From NCBI RefSeq assembly GCF_040382755.1, contig NZ_JBEIET010000001.1:2396-66395 (forward strand): a stretch of 64,000 nt of DNA, read 5' to 3'. The first letter of the stretch is position 1; each line of letters opens with the position of its first letter. Of this stretch, positions 37,312 to 46,755 are shown piece by piece. This DNA is from Flavobacterium sp. (GTDB lineage Bacteria; Bacteroidota; Bacteroidia; Flavobacteriales; Flavobacteriaceae). The position numbers and the translations under genes were made by a program. The notes under the pieces were generated by a model. The model did not search any database. It saw nothing but the letters and a program-made list of their open reading frames with translations, and had not been told where the DNA came from.

Positions 37312-39969
37312 ATGATACCAGCCCAATTTGACGCCAAATCCGTAGAACAAAAATGGTACGACTATTGGATGAAAAACAACTATTTTCATTCTACTCCAGA
37401 CCATCGTACACCTTATACTATTGTAATTCCTCCACCAAATGTAACTGGAGTATTACATATGGGACATATGCTGAATAATACCATTCAAGATGTATTAATT
37501 CGTCGTGCACGATTAAAAGGTTTTAACGCGTGTTGGGTGCCTGGTACAGACCACGCCTCTATTGCTACCGAAGCAAAAGTAGTTGCGAAATTAAAATCGG
37601 AAGGCATTAATAAAGCAGATTTAACTCGTGAAGAATTCCTAAAACACGCATACGATTGGACTGACAAATACGGTGGAACAATCTTAGAACAACTAAAACA
37701 ATTAGGATGCTCTTGTGATTGGGATCGAACTAAATTTACTATGGATCCAGATATGTCGGCTTCTGTAATCCGTTCATTTGTAGACTTATACAATAAAGGA
37801 CTTATTTACAGAGGGTACAGAATGGTAAACTGGGATCCAGAAGCAAAAACAACGTTGTCTGACGAAGAAGTAATTTTTGAAGAACGTCAAGGAAAATTAT
37901 ATTACATCAAATATCAAATTCTTGACGAAGAAAATACCCAAAACCCAACACCCAATTCCCAATTTTTGGTAGTTGCTACTACTCGACCTGAAACCATTTT
38001 CGGAGATACTGCTATTTGTATCAATCCAAATGATGAAAGACATTTCAATTTAAAAGGAAAAAAAGCTATTGTACCAATTTCTGGAAAAGTGATTCCAATT
38101 ATTGAAGATGAATATGTGGATTTAGAATTCGGTACAGGATGTTTAAAAGTAACACCAGCACACGATGTAAACGATAAAACTTTAGGTGACAAACACCATT
38201 TAGAAATCATAGATATTTTTAATGAAGATGCCACTTTAAACTCGTTCGGATTGCATTATGAAGGAAAAGACAGGTTTGTAGTTCGTACAGAAATTGAAGC
38301 AGAATTAACTTCAATTAATGCTTTAGATAAAGTAGAACAATACACTAACAATGTAGGAACTTCTGAAAGAACAAAATGCGTTATCGAACCGCGTTTATCT
38401 GATCAATGGTTCCTTAAAATGGAAGATTTAGTAAAACCTGCCATTCACGCGGTTTTAGAATCTGACGAAATAAAATTATATCCAAATCGTTTTAATAATA
38501 CATACGCACATTGGTTAAATAATATCCGCGATTGGAATATTTCTCGTCAATTGTGGTGGGGACAACAAATTCCAGCCTATTTCTACGGAGATGGAAAAGA
38601 AGATTTCGTTGTAGCGGAAACAAAAGAAGAAGCTTTAGCTTTAGCTCAACAAGCAACAAACAATAAACAATTAACAACAAACGATTTACGCCAAGATGCT
38701 GACGCACTTGACACTTGGTTCTCCTCTTGGTTATGGCCAATGGCTGTTTTCGGTGGGATTATGGATCCAGAAAATGAAGATTTTAAATATTATTACCCAA
38801 CTAACGATTTGGTTACAGGTCCAGATATTTTATTCTTTTGGGTAGCTCGTATGATTATTGCAGGTTACGAATACGCCGATGCAAAACCATTTAAAAATGT
38901 ATATTTAACAGGTTTAGTTCGTGATAGTCAAGGACGAAAAATGTCGAAATCATTAGGGAATTCTCCTGAACCACTTGGTTTAATTGAAAAATTTGGAGCC
39001 GATGGCGTTCGTGTAGGATTATTATTAAGTGCGTCTGCAGGAAATGATATTTTATTTGATGAAGAATTATGCAATCAAGGAAAAGCGTTTACCAATAAAA
39101 TTTGGAATGCATTTAAATTGATTAAAGGTTGGGAAGTTTCTGAAACCATTCTACAACCTGAATCTTCAAAAGTAGCGATTGAATGGTACGAAGCAAAACT
39201 GCAACAAACCTTATTAGATATTGAAGATAATTTTGAAAAATACAGATTATCTGAAGCATTAATGGCAACCTATCAGTTAGTTTGGGACGATTTCTGTTCT
39301 TGGTTCTTAGAAATGATTAAGCCTGCTTATCAACAACCGATTGATAAGGCGACTTTCGATAAAGCCATTGAAATGTTGGAAAATAATTTAAAATTATTAC
39401 ACCCATTTATGCCTTTCTTAACGGAAGAAATTTGGCAACACATTACAGATAGAACACCAGAACAAGCGCTAATTGTAGCTGAATATCCGAAAATGACTTC
39501 TTTAAATTCAAAATTAATTGCTGATTTTGATTTTGCAACCGATGTTATTTCTGGAATAAGAACGATTAGAAAAGATAAAAACATTCCATTTAAAGAAGTA
39601 ATTGAATTACGAGTAGTAAATAATGAAAAAGCGTCGAATTATTTCGATTCAATCATTATGAAATTAGGAAACATTACTGATTTAAAATATGTAACAGATA
39701 AAGTAGACGGTGCCTTATCATACAGAGTAAAGTCTAACGAATATTTCATTCCAATTACTGGAAATATTGATGTAGAAGCAGAAATTGCAAAATTAACCGA
39801 AGAATTAAATTACACGAAAGGATTCTTAAGATCCGTACAAGGTAAATTATCTAACGAAAAATTTGTAGCGGGTGCACCAGAACAAGTAATAGCCAACGAA
39901 CGCAAAAAAGAAGCCGATGCTTTGGCAAAAATTGCAACGATTGAGCAAAGTATTGCTGGTTTGAAGTAA
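37312..39969 (+). CDS. valS: valine--tRNA ligase
   Basis: 885 aa. It has the HMGH ([12 protein letters not shown]) and KMSKS signatures and a C-terminal coiled coil. Confidence 0.96.
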   Translation: MIPAQFDAKSVEQKWYDYWMKNNYFHSTPDHRTPYTIVIPPPNVTGVLHMGHMLNNTIQDVLIRRARLKGFNACWVPGTDHASIATEAKVVAKLKSEGINKADLTREEFLKHAYDWTDKYGGTILEQLKQLGCSCDWDRTKFTMDPDMSASVIRSFVDLYNKGLIYRGYRMVNWDPEAKTTLSDEEVIFEERQGKLYYIKYQILDEENTQNPTPNSQFLVVATTRPETIFGDTAICINPNDERHFNLKGKKAIVPISGKVIPIIEDEYVDLEFGTGCLKVTPAHDVNDKTLGDKHHLEIIDIFNEDATLNSFGLHYEGKDRFVVRTEIEAELTSINALDKVEQYTNNVGTSERTKCVIEPRLSDQWFLKMEDLVKPAIHAVLESDEIKLYPNRFNNTYAHWLNNIRDWNISRQLWWGQQIPAYFYGDGKEDFVVAETKEEALALAQQATNNKQLTTNDLRQDADALDTWFSSWLWPMAVFGGIMDPENEDFKYYYPTNDLVTGPDILFFWVARMIIAGYEYADAKPFKNVYLTGLVRDSQGRKMSKSLGNSPEPLGLIEKFGADGVRVGLLLSASAGNDILFDEELCNQGKAFTNKIWNAFKLIKGWEVSETILQPESSKVAIEWYEAKLQQTLLDIEDNFEKYRLSEALMATYQLVWDDFCSWFLEMIKPAYQQPIDKATFDKAIEMLENNLKLLHPFMPFLTEEIWQHITDRTPEQALIVAEYPKMTSLNSKLIADFDFATDVISGIRTIRKDKNIPFKEVIELRVVNNEKASNYFDSIIMKLGNITDLKYVTDKVDGALSYRVKSNEYFIPITGNIDVEAEIAKLTEELNYTKGFLRSVQGKLSNEKFVAGAPEQVIANERKKEADALAKIATIEQSIAGLK

Positions 39970-39986
39970 TATTTCTTTATAAAATT

Positions 39987-40022
39987 AAAAGCCGATTTTC
40001 TTAAGGAAATCGGCTTTTTTTT
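39987..40022. terminator. bidirectional terminator hairpin, copy 1 (valS / vapC side)
   Basis: AAAAGCCGATTTTCTTAAGGAAATCGGCTTTTTTTT. The vapC stop codon lies in its T-run. Confidence 0.85.
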
Positions 40023-40428
40023 ATTTGTTTAAATATTCTTTCGCAGTTAATACTGCAAGAATAGATTTTTTGAAATCTTTTTTGTTTCGTGTTAAAATCA
40101 AATCCAACTCGTTTTCTAAAGCGGTGTGATATTGAATAGCGTCTTCGAAATCTTTAAAATCTGAAACTAACGCTAATTCTAAAATCTTATCATCCATTGG
40201 TAAAACTTCCACTAAAACTTTAAATTTTTTCAGAATCTTTCTTGCTTCATCTAATTTATGATTTCTTGCTAATAAATAATGCGTGTTTGCAATTGTTAAA
40301 GAAGATATATAAAGTTTCACTTTATTATGATCCGCTAAAGTGAATAATTCTTGTGCTTCTTTATAAAATTCTTCTCGTTTGGAAAGTAAATCCAAAACGA
40401 TATTTGTATCAACTAATATTTTATCCAT
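40021..40428 (-). CDS. vapC: PIN domain ribonuclease toxin (VapC-like)
   Basis: 135 aa. The acidic PIN residues are in MDKILVDTNIV, FEDAIQ and LILTRNKKDF contexts. The start overlaps the antitoxin stop (TAATG). Confidence 0.85.
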   Translation of the reverse strand: MDKILVDTNIVLDLLSKREEFYKEAQELFTLADHNKVKLYISSLTIANTHYLLARNHKLDEARKILKKFKVLVEVLPMDDKILELALVSDFKDFEDAIQYHTALENELDLILTRNKKDFKKSILAVLTAKEYLNK

Positions 40429-40670
40429 TAAGAATATTTTTTAGACAAGTAATCAGAATATTCTTTTTTATAATCCGCATTTTCAAGTGAGACAACACCC
40501 GTTAAACTTTCAACAAGCGGGCTTACTTTAGTTGTCTTTGATTTCTTATTAGTCAATGATAAAAGATAATTTTCAATAAGCTTTGAAAGACTTATACTAT
40601 TATTTTTAGCATACGATTTAGCCTCTTCAATTACATTATCGTCAATATTTAATGTTAATTTCGTGTTCAT
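40428..40670 (-). CDS. type II antitoxin (DUF6364-like, VapB role)
   Basis: 80 aa. The N-terminal KLTLNIDDNVIEEAKSYAKNNSISLSKLIENYL resembles the small RHH-like antitoxins paired with PIN toxins in Bacteroidota. Confidence 0.72.
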   Translation of the reverse strand: MNTKLTLNIDDNVIEEAKSYAKNNSISLSKLIENYLLSLTNKKSKTTKVSPLVESLTGVVSLENADYKKEYSDYLSKKYS

Positions 40671-40750
40671 ACAATTTAATTTACGTGTAAAATTAAAAAA
40701 TATATACGTAATATAAAATAATTAATTAAGAAAATATTTAATTAAGGTAA

Positions 40751-40788
40751 AAAAAAGCCGATTTTCTTATGAAAATCGGCTTTTTTTA
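40751..40788. terminator. bidirectional terminator hairpin, copy 2 (rho side)
   Basis: AAAAAAGCCGATTTTCTTATGAAAATCGGCTTTTTTTA. Its 24-nt hairpin core is identical to copy 1 at 22 of 24 positions. Confidence 0.85.
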
Positions 40789-40807
40789 TATGAATTGTTA
40801 TCAATTT

Positions 40808-42451
40808 CTAATCATTCATAGAAATTAAAAACTCTTCGTTGTTTTTGGTACGCTTGATACGAGATTCGATAAATTCCATTGCTTCCACTGGATTCATATC
40901 CGATAGATATTTACGTAAAATCCACATATGTTGTAACGTTGATTTATCTAATAATAAGTCATCACGACGCGTACTTGAAGAAACCAAATCGATAGCTGGA
41001 AAAATACGTTTGTTAGATATTTTTCTATCCAATTGTAATTCCATATTACCTGTTCCTTTAAATTCTTCAAAGATAACTTCGTCCATTTTAGAACCAGTTT
41101 CTGTTAATGCAGTGGCTATAATACTTAACGAACCACCGTTTTCAATATTACGAGCTGCTCCAAAGAAACGTTTAGGTTTTTGTAATGCATTCGCATCAAC
41201 TCCTCCACTCAATACCTTTCCAGATGCAGGTTGACACGTATTGTACGCTCTTGCTAAACGTGTAATCGAATCTAATAAAATCACTACATCGTGTCCGCAT
41301 TCTACCAAACGTTTTGCTTTTTCTAAGACAATGTTTGCCACTTTTACGTGACGGTCTGCAGGCTCATCAAACGTAGAAGCAATAACTTCGGCACGCACAC
41401 TACGTTGCATATCGGTAACTTCTTCAGGACGTTCATCAATTAGTAAAACAATTAAATATACTTCAGGATGATTTGCTGCTATTGAGTTAGCAATATCCTT
41501 TAATAACATCGTTTTACCGGTTTTTGGTTGTGCCACAATCATAGCACGTTGTCCTTTACCAATTGGCGAGAACATATCAATAATACGTGTAGATATAGAC
41601 GTGTTTTTTCCTGATAAATTAAATCTTTCTTCAGGGAAAAGTGGTGTTAAATGTTCAAAAGAAACTCGGTCACGAATTACTTGTGGGTCGTGTCCGTTAA
41701 TTTTTGATACGCGAACCAAAGGAAAAAATTTCTCTCCTTCTTTTGGAGGACGAACCACACCTTTGACAGTGTCACCCGTTTTCAATCCAAATAAACGAAC
41801 TTGCGATTGAGATAAATAAATATCATCCGGTGAGGCCAAATAATTATAATCCGAAGAACGTAAGAAACCATATCCGTCTGGCATCATTTCTAAAACACCT
41901 TCACTTTCAATAATTCCATCAAATTCAAAATCCGATTCTCTAAAGTTTTTGTTTCCGTTGTTTTTAGCAAACTTCGGATTGTTATTCTTTTTGAAATTGG
42001 GATTGGCATTGGTTTTTTCTTGCTCTGAAGTTTCAGATTTTATTTCTTCAGTTGTATTTTCAGAATTGTTTTCAACGACTTCTTTAGGTTGTTGGCTGTA
42101 CGATTCAGATTTTTTTTCTGCATCTAAATCAAAAGAAGCTGCTTCTTTCTCTCTATTTGTAGGCTTTACAACCACTTTTTTTATTCGTGCGCGTTGCGTT
42201 TTTGTTTCATTTTCTGAAGTTTCGTTAGTGTTTGTTTCCTCAACTACTTCTTCAATAACTTTAGATACAGGAGTTGATTTTTTAACTGGCTTAGAAACTG
42301 GAGTCGGTGCTTCAGAGGTATTTTGTAAATCTAATATCTGAGTAATTAATTCGTCTTTTTTTAAAGTTTTGAATTTTTGAATATTAGCTACTTTGGCAAT
42401 TTCTTGCAAATCAGAGAGTTTCATCCCTTTTAATGTAGATGTGTCAAACAT
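40808..42451 (-). CDS. rho: transcription termination factor Rho with a large N-terminal insertion domain
   Basis: 547 aa. It has an N-terminal Rho_N helix bundle, a low-complexity insert of about 130 aa, a CSD-like RNA-binding domain ([14 protein letters not shown]), and the P-loop AQPKTGKT. Confidence 0.95.
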   Translation of the reverse strand: MFDTSTLKGMKLSDLQEIAKVANIQKFKTLKKDELITQILDLQNTSEAPTPVSKPVKKSTPVSKVIEEVVEETNTNETSENETKTQRARIKKVVVKPTNREKEAASFDLDAEKKSESYSQQPKEVVENNSENTTEEIKSETSEQEKTNANPNFKKNNNPKFAKNNGNKNFRESDFEFDGIIESEGVLEMMPDGYGFLRSSDYNYLASPDDIYLSQSQVRLFGLKTGDTVKGVVRPPKEGEKFFPLVRVSKINGHDPQVIRDRVSFEHLTPLFPEERFNLSGKNTSISTRIIDMFSPIGKGQRAMIVAQPKTGKTMLLKDIANSIAANHPEVYLIVLLIDERPEEVTDMQRSVRAEVIASTFDEPADRHVKVANIVLEKAKRLVECGHDVVILLDSITRLARAYNTCQPASGKVLSGGVDANALQKPKRFFGAARNIENGGSLSIIATALTETGSKMDEVIFEEFKGTGNMELQLDRKISNKRIFPAIDLVSSSTRRDDLLLDKSTLQHMWILRKYLSDMNPVEAMEFIESRIKRTKNNEEFLISMND

Positions 42452-42634
42452 AAATGTTGATTGATTTTTTTAATCTTAATATAATAAAAAAACTGTGATG
42501 AGATTTTTTTGCTTTTTTAAAGTATCGTATATGAAGTACTTACGATTATTTGATGCAATAATACGAATATTTTATTATAAAACAATAGTTTTTTAAAAAA
42601 AGAAAACTTATTTTTGTTGTTATAAAAATTAAAA

Positions 42635-43045
42635 ATGTTACAAAGAATTCAAACGATATATTTGTTACTGTGTATGCTGATTTCAGGTGTGCTTCCTTTT
42701 TTTATTAAAATTTGGACAACTGAAAGTAAATTAGACGTATACGCGAATTCCAATACAATATATATAGGATTGTTTTTGATTTCTGCAATTTTAGCAGTTC
42801 TAAGTATTTTTAGTTTCAAGAAAAGACAAAACCAGTTTGTGTTAAACAGACTGAATATGATATTAAACTTTATTATAATAGGATTATTAGTATATCATTC
42901 ACTAAGTCTATCTGGAGAAGCGAAAGTTTCTGAGAAGGGTATTGGGATGCTTCTACCAATTTTTTCTATCGTTTTTCTTGCTTTGGCTAACAAAGCAATT
43001 AAAAAGGACGAAGATCTCGTAAAATCTGTGGACAGAATACGATAA
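42635..43045 (+). CDS. DUF4293 family membrane protein
   Basis: 136 aa with four TM segments. The MLQRIQTIYLLL N-terminus is one I associate with DUF4293. Confidence 0.6.
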   Translation: MLQRIQTIYLLLCMLISGVLPFFIKIWTTESKLDVYANSNTIYIGLFLISAILAVLSIFSFKKRQNQFVLNRLNMILNFIIIGLLVYHSLSLSGEAKVSEKGIGMLLPIFSIVFLALANKAIKKDEDLVKSVDRIR

Positions 43046-43073
43046 ACCTATCATCTTAGCTTATTAGTGCGTA

Positions 43074-43115
43074 GAAAATCCGTTTTGAGAAATCAAAGCG
43101 GATTTTCGTTTTATA
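43074..43115 (+). terminator. rho-independent terminator of the DUF4293 gene
   Basis: GAAAATCCGTTTTGA-GAAA-TCAAAGCGGATTTTC, then a T-rich tract. Confidence 0.75.
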
Positions 43116-43138
43116 TGAGTTTGGTTTAGAATACTTCG

Positions 43139-43370
43139 GTTAATTAATATTGTTGGCTTCGAGTGCCTCAGCCAACAATGTGGAAGCTGTGAATTAATAT
43201 CTTGGTTTCTGTGAAATAATAAAATAGTAGCCGTGAATTAATATAATGGTAGCTGAGGCTCTCGAAGCTACTATTCTTTATTTTGAATTTCATTGTTGGC
43301 TTCGAGTGCCTCAGCCAACAATATGGTAACCGTAAATTAATATCCTGGTAGCTGAGGCTCTCGAAGCTAC
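43139..43370. repeat. cluster of GC-rich hairpin repeats (A1, A2, B1, B2) interleaved with four GTRAATTAATAT words
   Basis: A1 (43149-43179) and A2 (43292-43322) are identical: ATTGTTGGCTTCGAGTGCCTCAGCCAACAAT. B1 (43248-43271) and B2 (43347-43370) are identical: GGTAGCTGAGGCTCTCGAAGCTAC. A and B carry the same 16-nt core in opposite orientation. Confidence 0.9.
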
Positions 43371-43861
43371 TTATCCCCTATCTCAATAACCTCTAAACTC
43401 TGAATCTTATCGCCATCAATTTCAAATCGTAACATCGTTCTTTTTTGATGAAATCCTGAAATGCCTGCTGCACCTGGATTCATATGCAAACAATTGAGTT
43501 TTTTATCGAACATAACTTTTAAAATATGTGAATGGCCGCAAATAAATAACTTAGGTGGATTTTGAGTAATTTCCTCTCGAATAGCAGGACTATATTTTCC
43601 GGGATACCCTCCAATGTGGGTAATCAATACATCCACACCTTCACATATAAATCGATTATTTAAAGGATACTCCAAACGTGCTTCATGATTGTCAATATTT
43701 CCAAAAACAGCACGTAAAGGCTTTAACTTTTTAATGGTATCCGTAACTTTTAAATCGCCAATATCTCCAGCATGCCATACTTCATCAGCTAATTTTACAT
43801 ATTTTAATATTGTATCATCAATATGACTGTGTGTATCAGAAAGGAGTACTATTTTTTTCAT
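43367..43861 (-). CDS. metallophosphoesterase (YfcE/MJ0936-like)
   Basis: 164 aa. Motifs: LSDTHSH, HAGDIGD, GNID, CGHSH. Confidence 0.85.
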   Translation of the reverse strand: MKKIVLLSDTHSHIDDTILKYVKLADEVWHAGDIGDLKVTDTIKKLKPLRAVFGNIDNHEARLEYPLNNRFICEGVDVLITHIGGYPGKYSPAIREEITQNPPKLFICGHSHILKVMFDKKLNCLHMNPGAAGISGFHQKRTMLRFEIDGDKIQSLEVIEIGDK

Positions 43862-43971
43862 TTAATTAAAGTTTCTATGTTACAGTGTAACTAAGCTGCA
43901 AAGTTGACAAAAAAATATAGTTTATTGTTTATTTTTAAGAAAACATTGAATATAATAATTCAAATTCTTAG

Positions 43972-43979
43972 TAACTTTG
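43972..43979 (+). promoter_or_regulatory. candidate -7 box TAACTTTG for truA
   Basis: Exact TAnnTTTG 31 nt upstream of the TTG start. Confidence 0.55.
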
Positions 43980-44009
43980 CAACTCAGAAACTTAGAAACT
44001 TAAATATAA

Positions 44010-44744
44010 TTGAGATACTTCATTGAATTTGCATATAACGGAAAAGAATATTTTGGGTTTCAAATACAGCCGAATGCCATTTCAATACAAGAAACTTTAG
44101 ATACGGCTGTATCCTTAGTACTTCGAGATAAAATTGAAATTGTTGGTGCAGGACGAACAGATTCTGGGGTGCATGCCAAGCAAATGTTCGCGCATTTTGA
44201 TACAGAAATTGAATTTGATATTCCTACTACCATTCAAAAACTAAATTCTTTTTTACCAAAAGATATTGCCATTTTTAATATTATTGAAGTGCAACCTGAT
44301 GCGCATGCTCGATTTGATGCCACGAGTAGAACATACGAATATCACATTACTACATTTAAAGACGTTTTTAACGCTGATGGCAGTTGGAAAGTACATCATA
44401 ATTTAGATTTAAATTTGATGAATGACGCCTGTAAAATTCTATTTGAATATATTGATTTTGAATGCTTTTCTAAAATTCATACCGATGTGAAGACCTTTAA
44501 TTGTAAGATTTCAGAAGCATATTGGCAACAAAACGGAAATCAAATTATTTTTACCATTACTGCCGATAGATTTTTACGAAATATGGTACGTGCCATTGTT
44601 GGAACGCTAATAAATGTAGGTATTCATAAAACATCTTTATCCGACTTTAGAACTATTATTGAAAGCAAAAACCGAAATAACGCTGGTTTTTCTGTCCCTG
44701 CACACGGATTGTATTTAACAAAAGTAAAATATCCGTATATTTAG
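44010..44744 (+). CDS. truA: tRNA pseudouridine(38-40) synthase
   Basis: 244 aa. MRYFIEFAYNGKEYFGFQIQ and the catalytic GAGRTDSGVHA are present. The start codon is TTG, which places the conserved MRYF N-terminus correctly. Confidence 0.92.
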   Translation: MRYFIEFAYNGKEYFGFQIQPNAISIQETLDTAVSLVLRDKIEIVGAGRTDSGVHAKQMFAHFDTEIEFDIPTTIQKLNSFLPKDIAIFNIIEVQPDAHARFDATSRTYEYHITTFKDVFNADGSWKVHHNLDLNLMNDACKILFEYIDFECFSKIHTDVKTFNCKISEAYWQQNGNQIIFTITADRFLRNMVRAIVGTLINVGIHKTSLSDFRTIIESKNRNNAGFSVPAHGLYLTKVKYPYI

Positions 44745-44766
44745 CCTTCAAAAAACTATAAGCCAA

Positions 44767-46593
44767 ATGAGCGTTTTAAAATCATCCTCTTTTAAAAAAT
44801 TAATGCAATATGCCATTCCTTTTAAAAGCAAACTTTTTTCAGTTGCTTTTTGGGCAATATTTTTGGCCATTGTTGCGGGCTTACGACCTTTATTGTTAAA
44901 TATTACTATTGATAAATATTTTGTAAATGCCAGTAAAGAAACCAATGTTATTCAGGATTACTTTTTAAACCTAATTAGCAATATATTACTCGAAGGTAAT
45001 GCTACATACAATATAAAAATATTAGTAGCCATTATGTTTATCATTCTTTTATTAGAAGTTGTAGCGCAATACTTTTTTGTATTTACTTCCAGCTGGCTTG
45101 GACAAGATATTGTAAAAGTCATTCGTGAAAAATTATTTGCACATTTAGCCAGTTTCAAAATTAAATATTACGATAACGAGCCTGTTGGTAAGTTAATTAC
45201 GCGATGTGTTTCGGATATTGAAAACATTGCAAGTATATTTAGTCAAGGTTTGTTTATGATTATTAGCGATGTCTTAAAGATGCTAATCGTACTGATTTTT
45301 ATGTTAGTAATCAATTGGAAAATTACTTGTATCGTATTGCTAATTATGCCAGTAATTCTAATCGCCACTAATATTTTTAATAAAAAAATGAAAGTCGCGT
45401 TTAATGAAGTACGAAATGAAGTGGCCAACTTAAATACGTTTATCCAAGAACGATTAACTGGAATGAAAATCGTACAATTATTCAATAGAGAAAAAATTGA
45501 ATTAGAAAAATTTAAGGAAATCAATCACAAACACAACAAAGCTTGGCTGAAAAACATTTTATACAATAGTATTTTCTTTCCAATTGCCGATATTGTTTCG
45601 AGTATTACATTAGGATTAGTTGTATATTTTGGTGCCCTATTTATTATAAATGGCGACACCACTACCAGCGTAGGACAACTTATTTCTTTTAATATGTATA
45701 TTGCTATGCTATACACGCCGTTACGCCAAATTGCTGATAAATTTAATGTGATGCAAATGGGAATTGTGGCAGCAGATCGAGTTTTTGAAATTTTAGAATC
45801 AAATTCAGAAGTGCAAGACAACGGAACAATTGATGCGGATACATTTAAAGGAAACATACTTTTTGATAACGTGCGATTTGGTTATTTAAAGGATGAAGAA
45901 ATTTTAAAAGGCATACATTTAGAAGTAAAAGCTGGTGAAACAATTGCTATTGTTGGAGCCACTGGTGCTGGTAAAACAACAATTATTAATTTACTAAATC
46001 GTTTTTACGAAATAGATTCTGGAAAAATTTTAATTGACGACATCAACATTAATGAATATACGCTTGATAGCTTAAGAAATGAAATTGCAATGGTATTACA
46101 AGATGTATTTTTGTTTGCCGATTCCATTTACAATAACATCACCTTATTCAACACATCCATTCAACGTGAACAAGTTTATGAAGCCGCTAAAAAAATTGGT
46201 ATTCACGATTTTATAATATCGTTACCAAACGGATACGATTATGATGTAAAAGAACGTGGCGTTATGTTATCGTCTGGACAGCGTCAATTAATTGCCTTTT
46301 TACGAGCGTATATTAGCAATCCAAGTATACTAATTTTAGATGAAGCCACTTCATCAATAGATTCTCATTCTGAAGAATTAATACAAAAAGCAACCCAAAC
46401 CTTAACACACGGAAGAACATCTATTATTATTGCACATCGTTTGGCAACTATTGTAAATGCGGATACGATTTTAGTAATGGATAAAGGAATAATTGTAGAA
46501 AAAGGAAAACATAAAGAATTATTACAAATTGAAAACGGATTTTATAAAAAGTTATACGAAGCCCAATTTGAAAAATCAGAAAATAGAGAATAG
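44767..46593 (+). CDS. ABC transporter permease/ATP-binding protein (MsbA-like exporter)
   Basis: 608 aa with six TM segments plus an NBD. Walker A is GATGAGKTT, the signature is LSSGQRQ, and Walker B is ILILDEATS. Confidence 0.9.
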   Translation: MSVLKSSSFKKLMQYAIPFKSKLFSVAFWAIFLAIVAGLRPLLLNITIDKYFVNASKETNVIQDYFLNLISNILLEGNATYNIKILVAIMFIILLLEVVAQYFFVFTSSWLGQDIVKVIREKLFAHLASFKIKYYDNEPVGKLITRCVSDIENIASIFSQGLFMIISDVLKMLIVLIFMLVINWKITCIVLLIMPVILIATNIFNKKMKVAFNEVRNEVANLNTFIQERLTGMKIVQLFNREKIELEKFKEINHKHNKAWLKNILYNSIFFPIADIVSSITLGLVVYFGALFIINGDTTTSVGQLISFNMYIAMLYTPLRQIADKFNVMQMGIVAADRVFEILESNSEVQDNGTIDADTFKGNILFDNVRFGYLKDEEILKGIHLEVKAGETIAIVGATGAGKTTIINLLNRFYEIDSGKILIDDININEYTLDSLRNEIAMVLQDVFLFADSIYNNITLFNTSIQREQVYEAAKKIGIHDFIISLPNGYDYDVKERGVMLSSGQRQLIAFLRAYISNPSILILDEATSSIDSHSEELIQKATQTLTHGRTSIIIAHRLATIVNADTILVMDKGIIVEKGKHKELLQIENGFYKKLYEAQFEKSENRE

Positions 46594-46680
46594 AAAATAG
46601 AGAATAGAAGATAGACTTTTGCCTTACGCCTTTTACCTTACACCTTTTCCCTAATACCTAATACCTTTTCCCTATTTACT
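46578..46680. repeat. short-period tandem words: purine-rich AAATAGAGAATAG x2, then pyrimidine-rich CCTTAC/CCTTTT/CCTAATA units
   Basis: Read directly. It spans the ABC transporter stop codon and the following 85 nt. Confidence 0.8.
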
Positions 46681-46755
46681 AAAAAAATACTTAAAAAATA
46701 AATAAATATTTACTAATTTCGCAACAAGAAAATTAAGATACAAAACACAAAAGAA

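Noticed and set aside
43149-43370. Possible miniature CRISPR array (identical 31-nt repeats)
   Set aside because: There are only two copies of each repeat. The spacing is irregular (143 and 99 bp), the repeats are hairpins related to each other in inverted orientation, and no cas genes or leader are present. A REP/MITE-like interpretation fits better.
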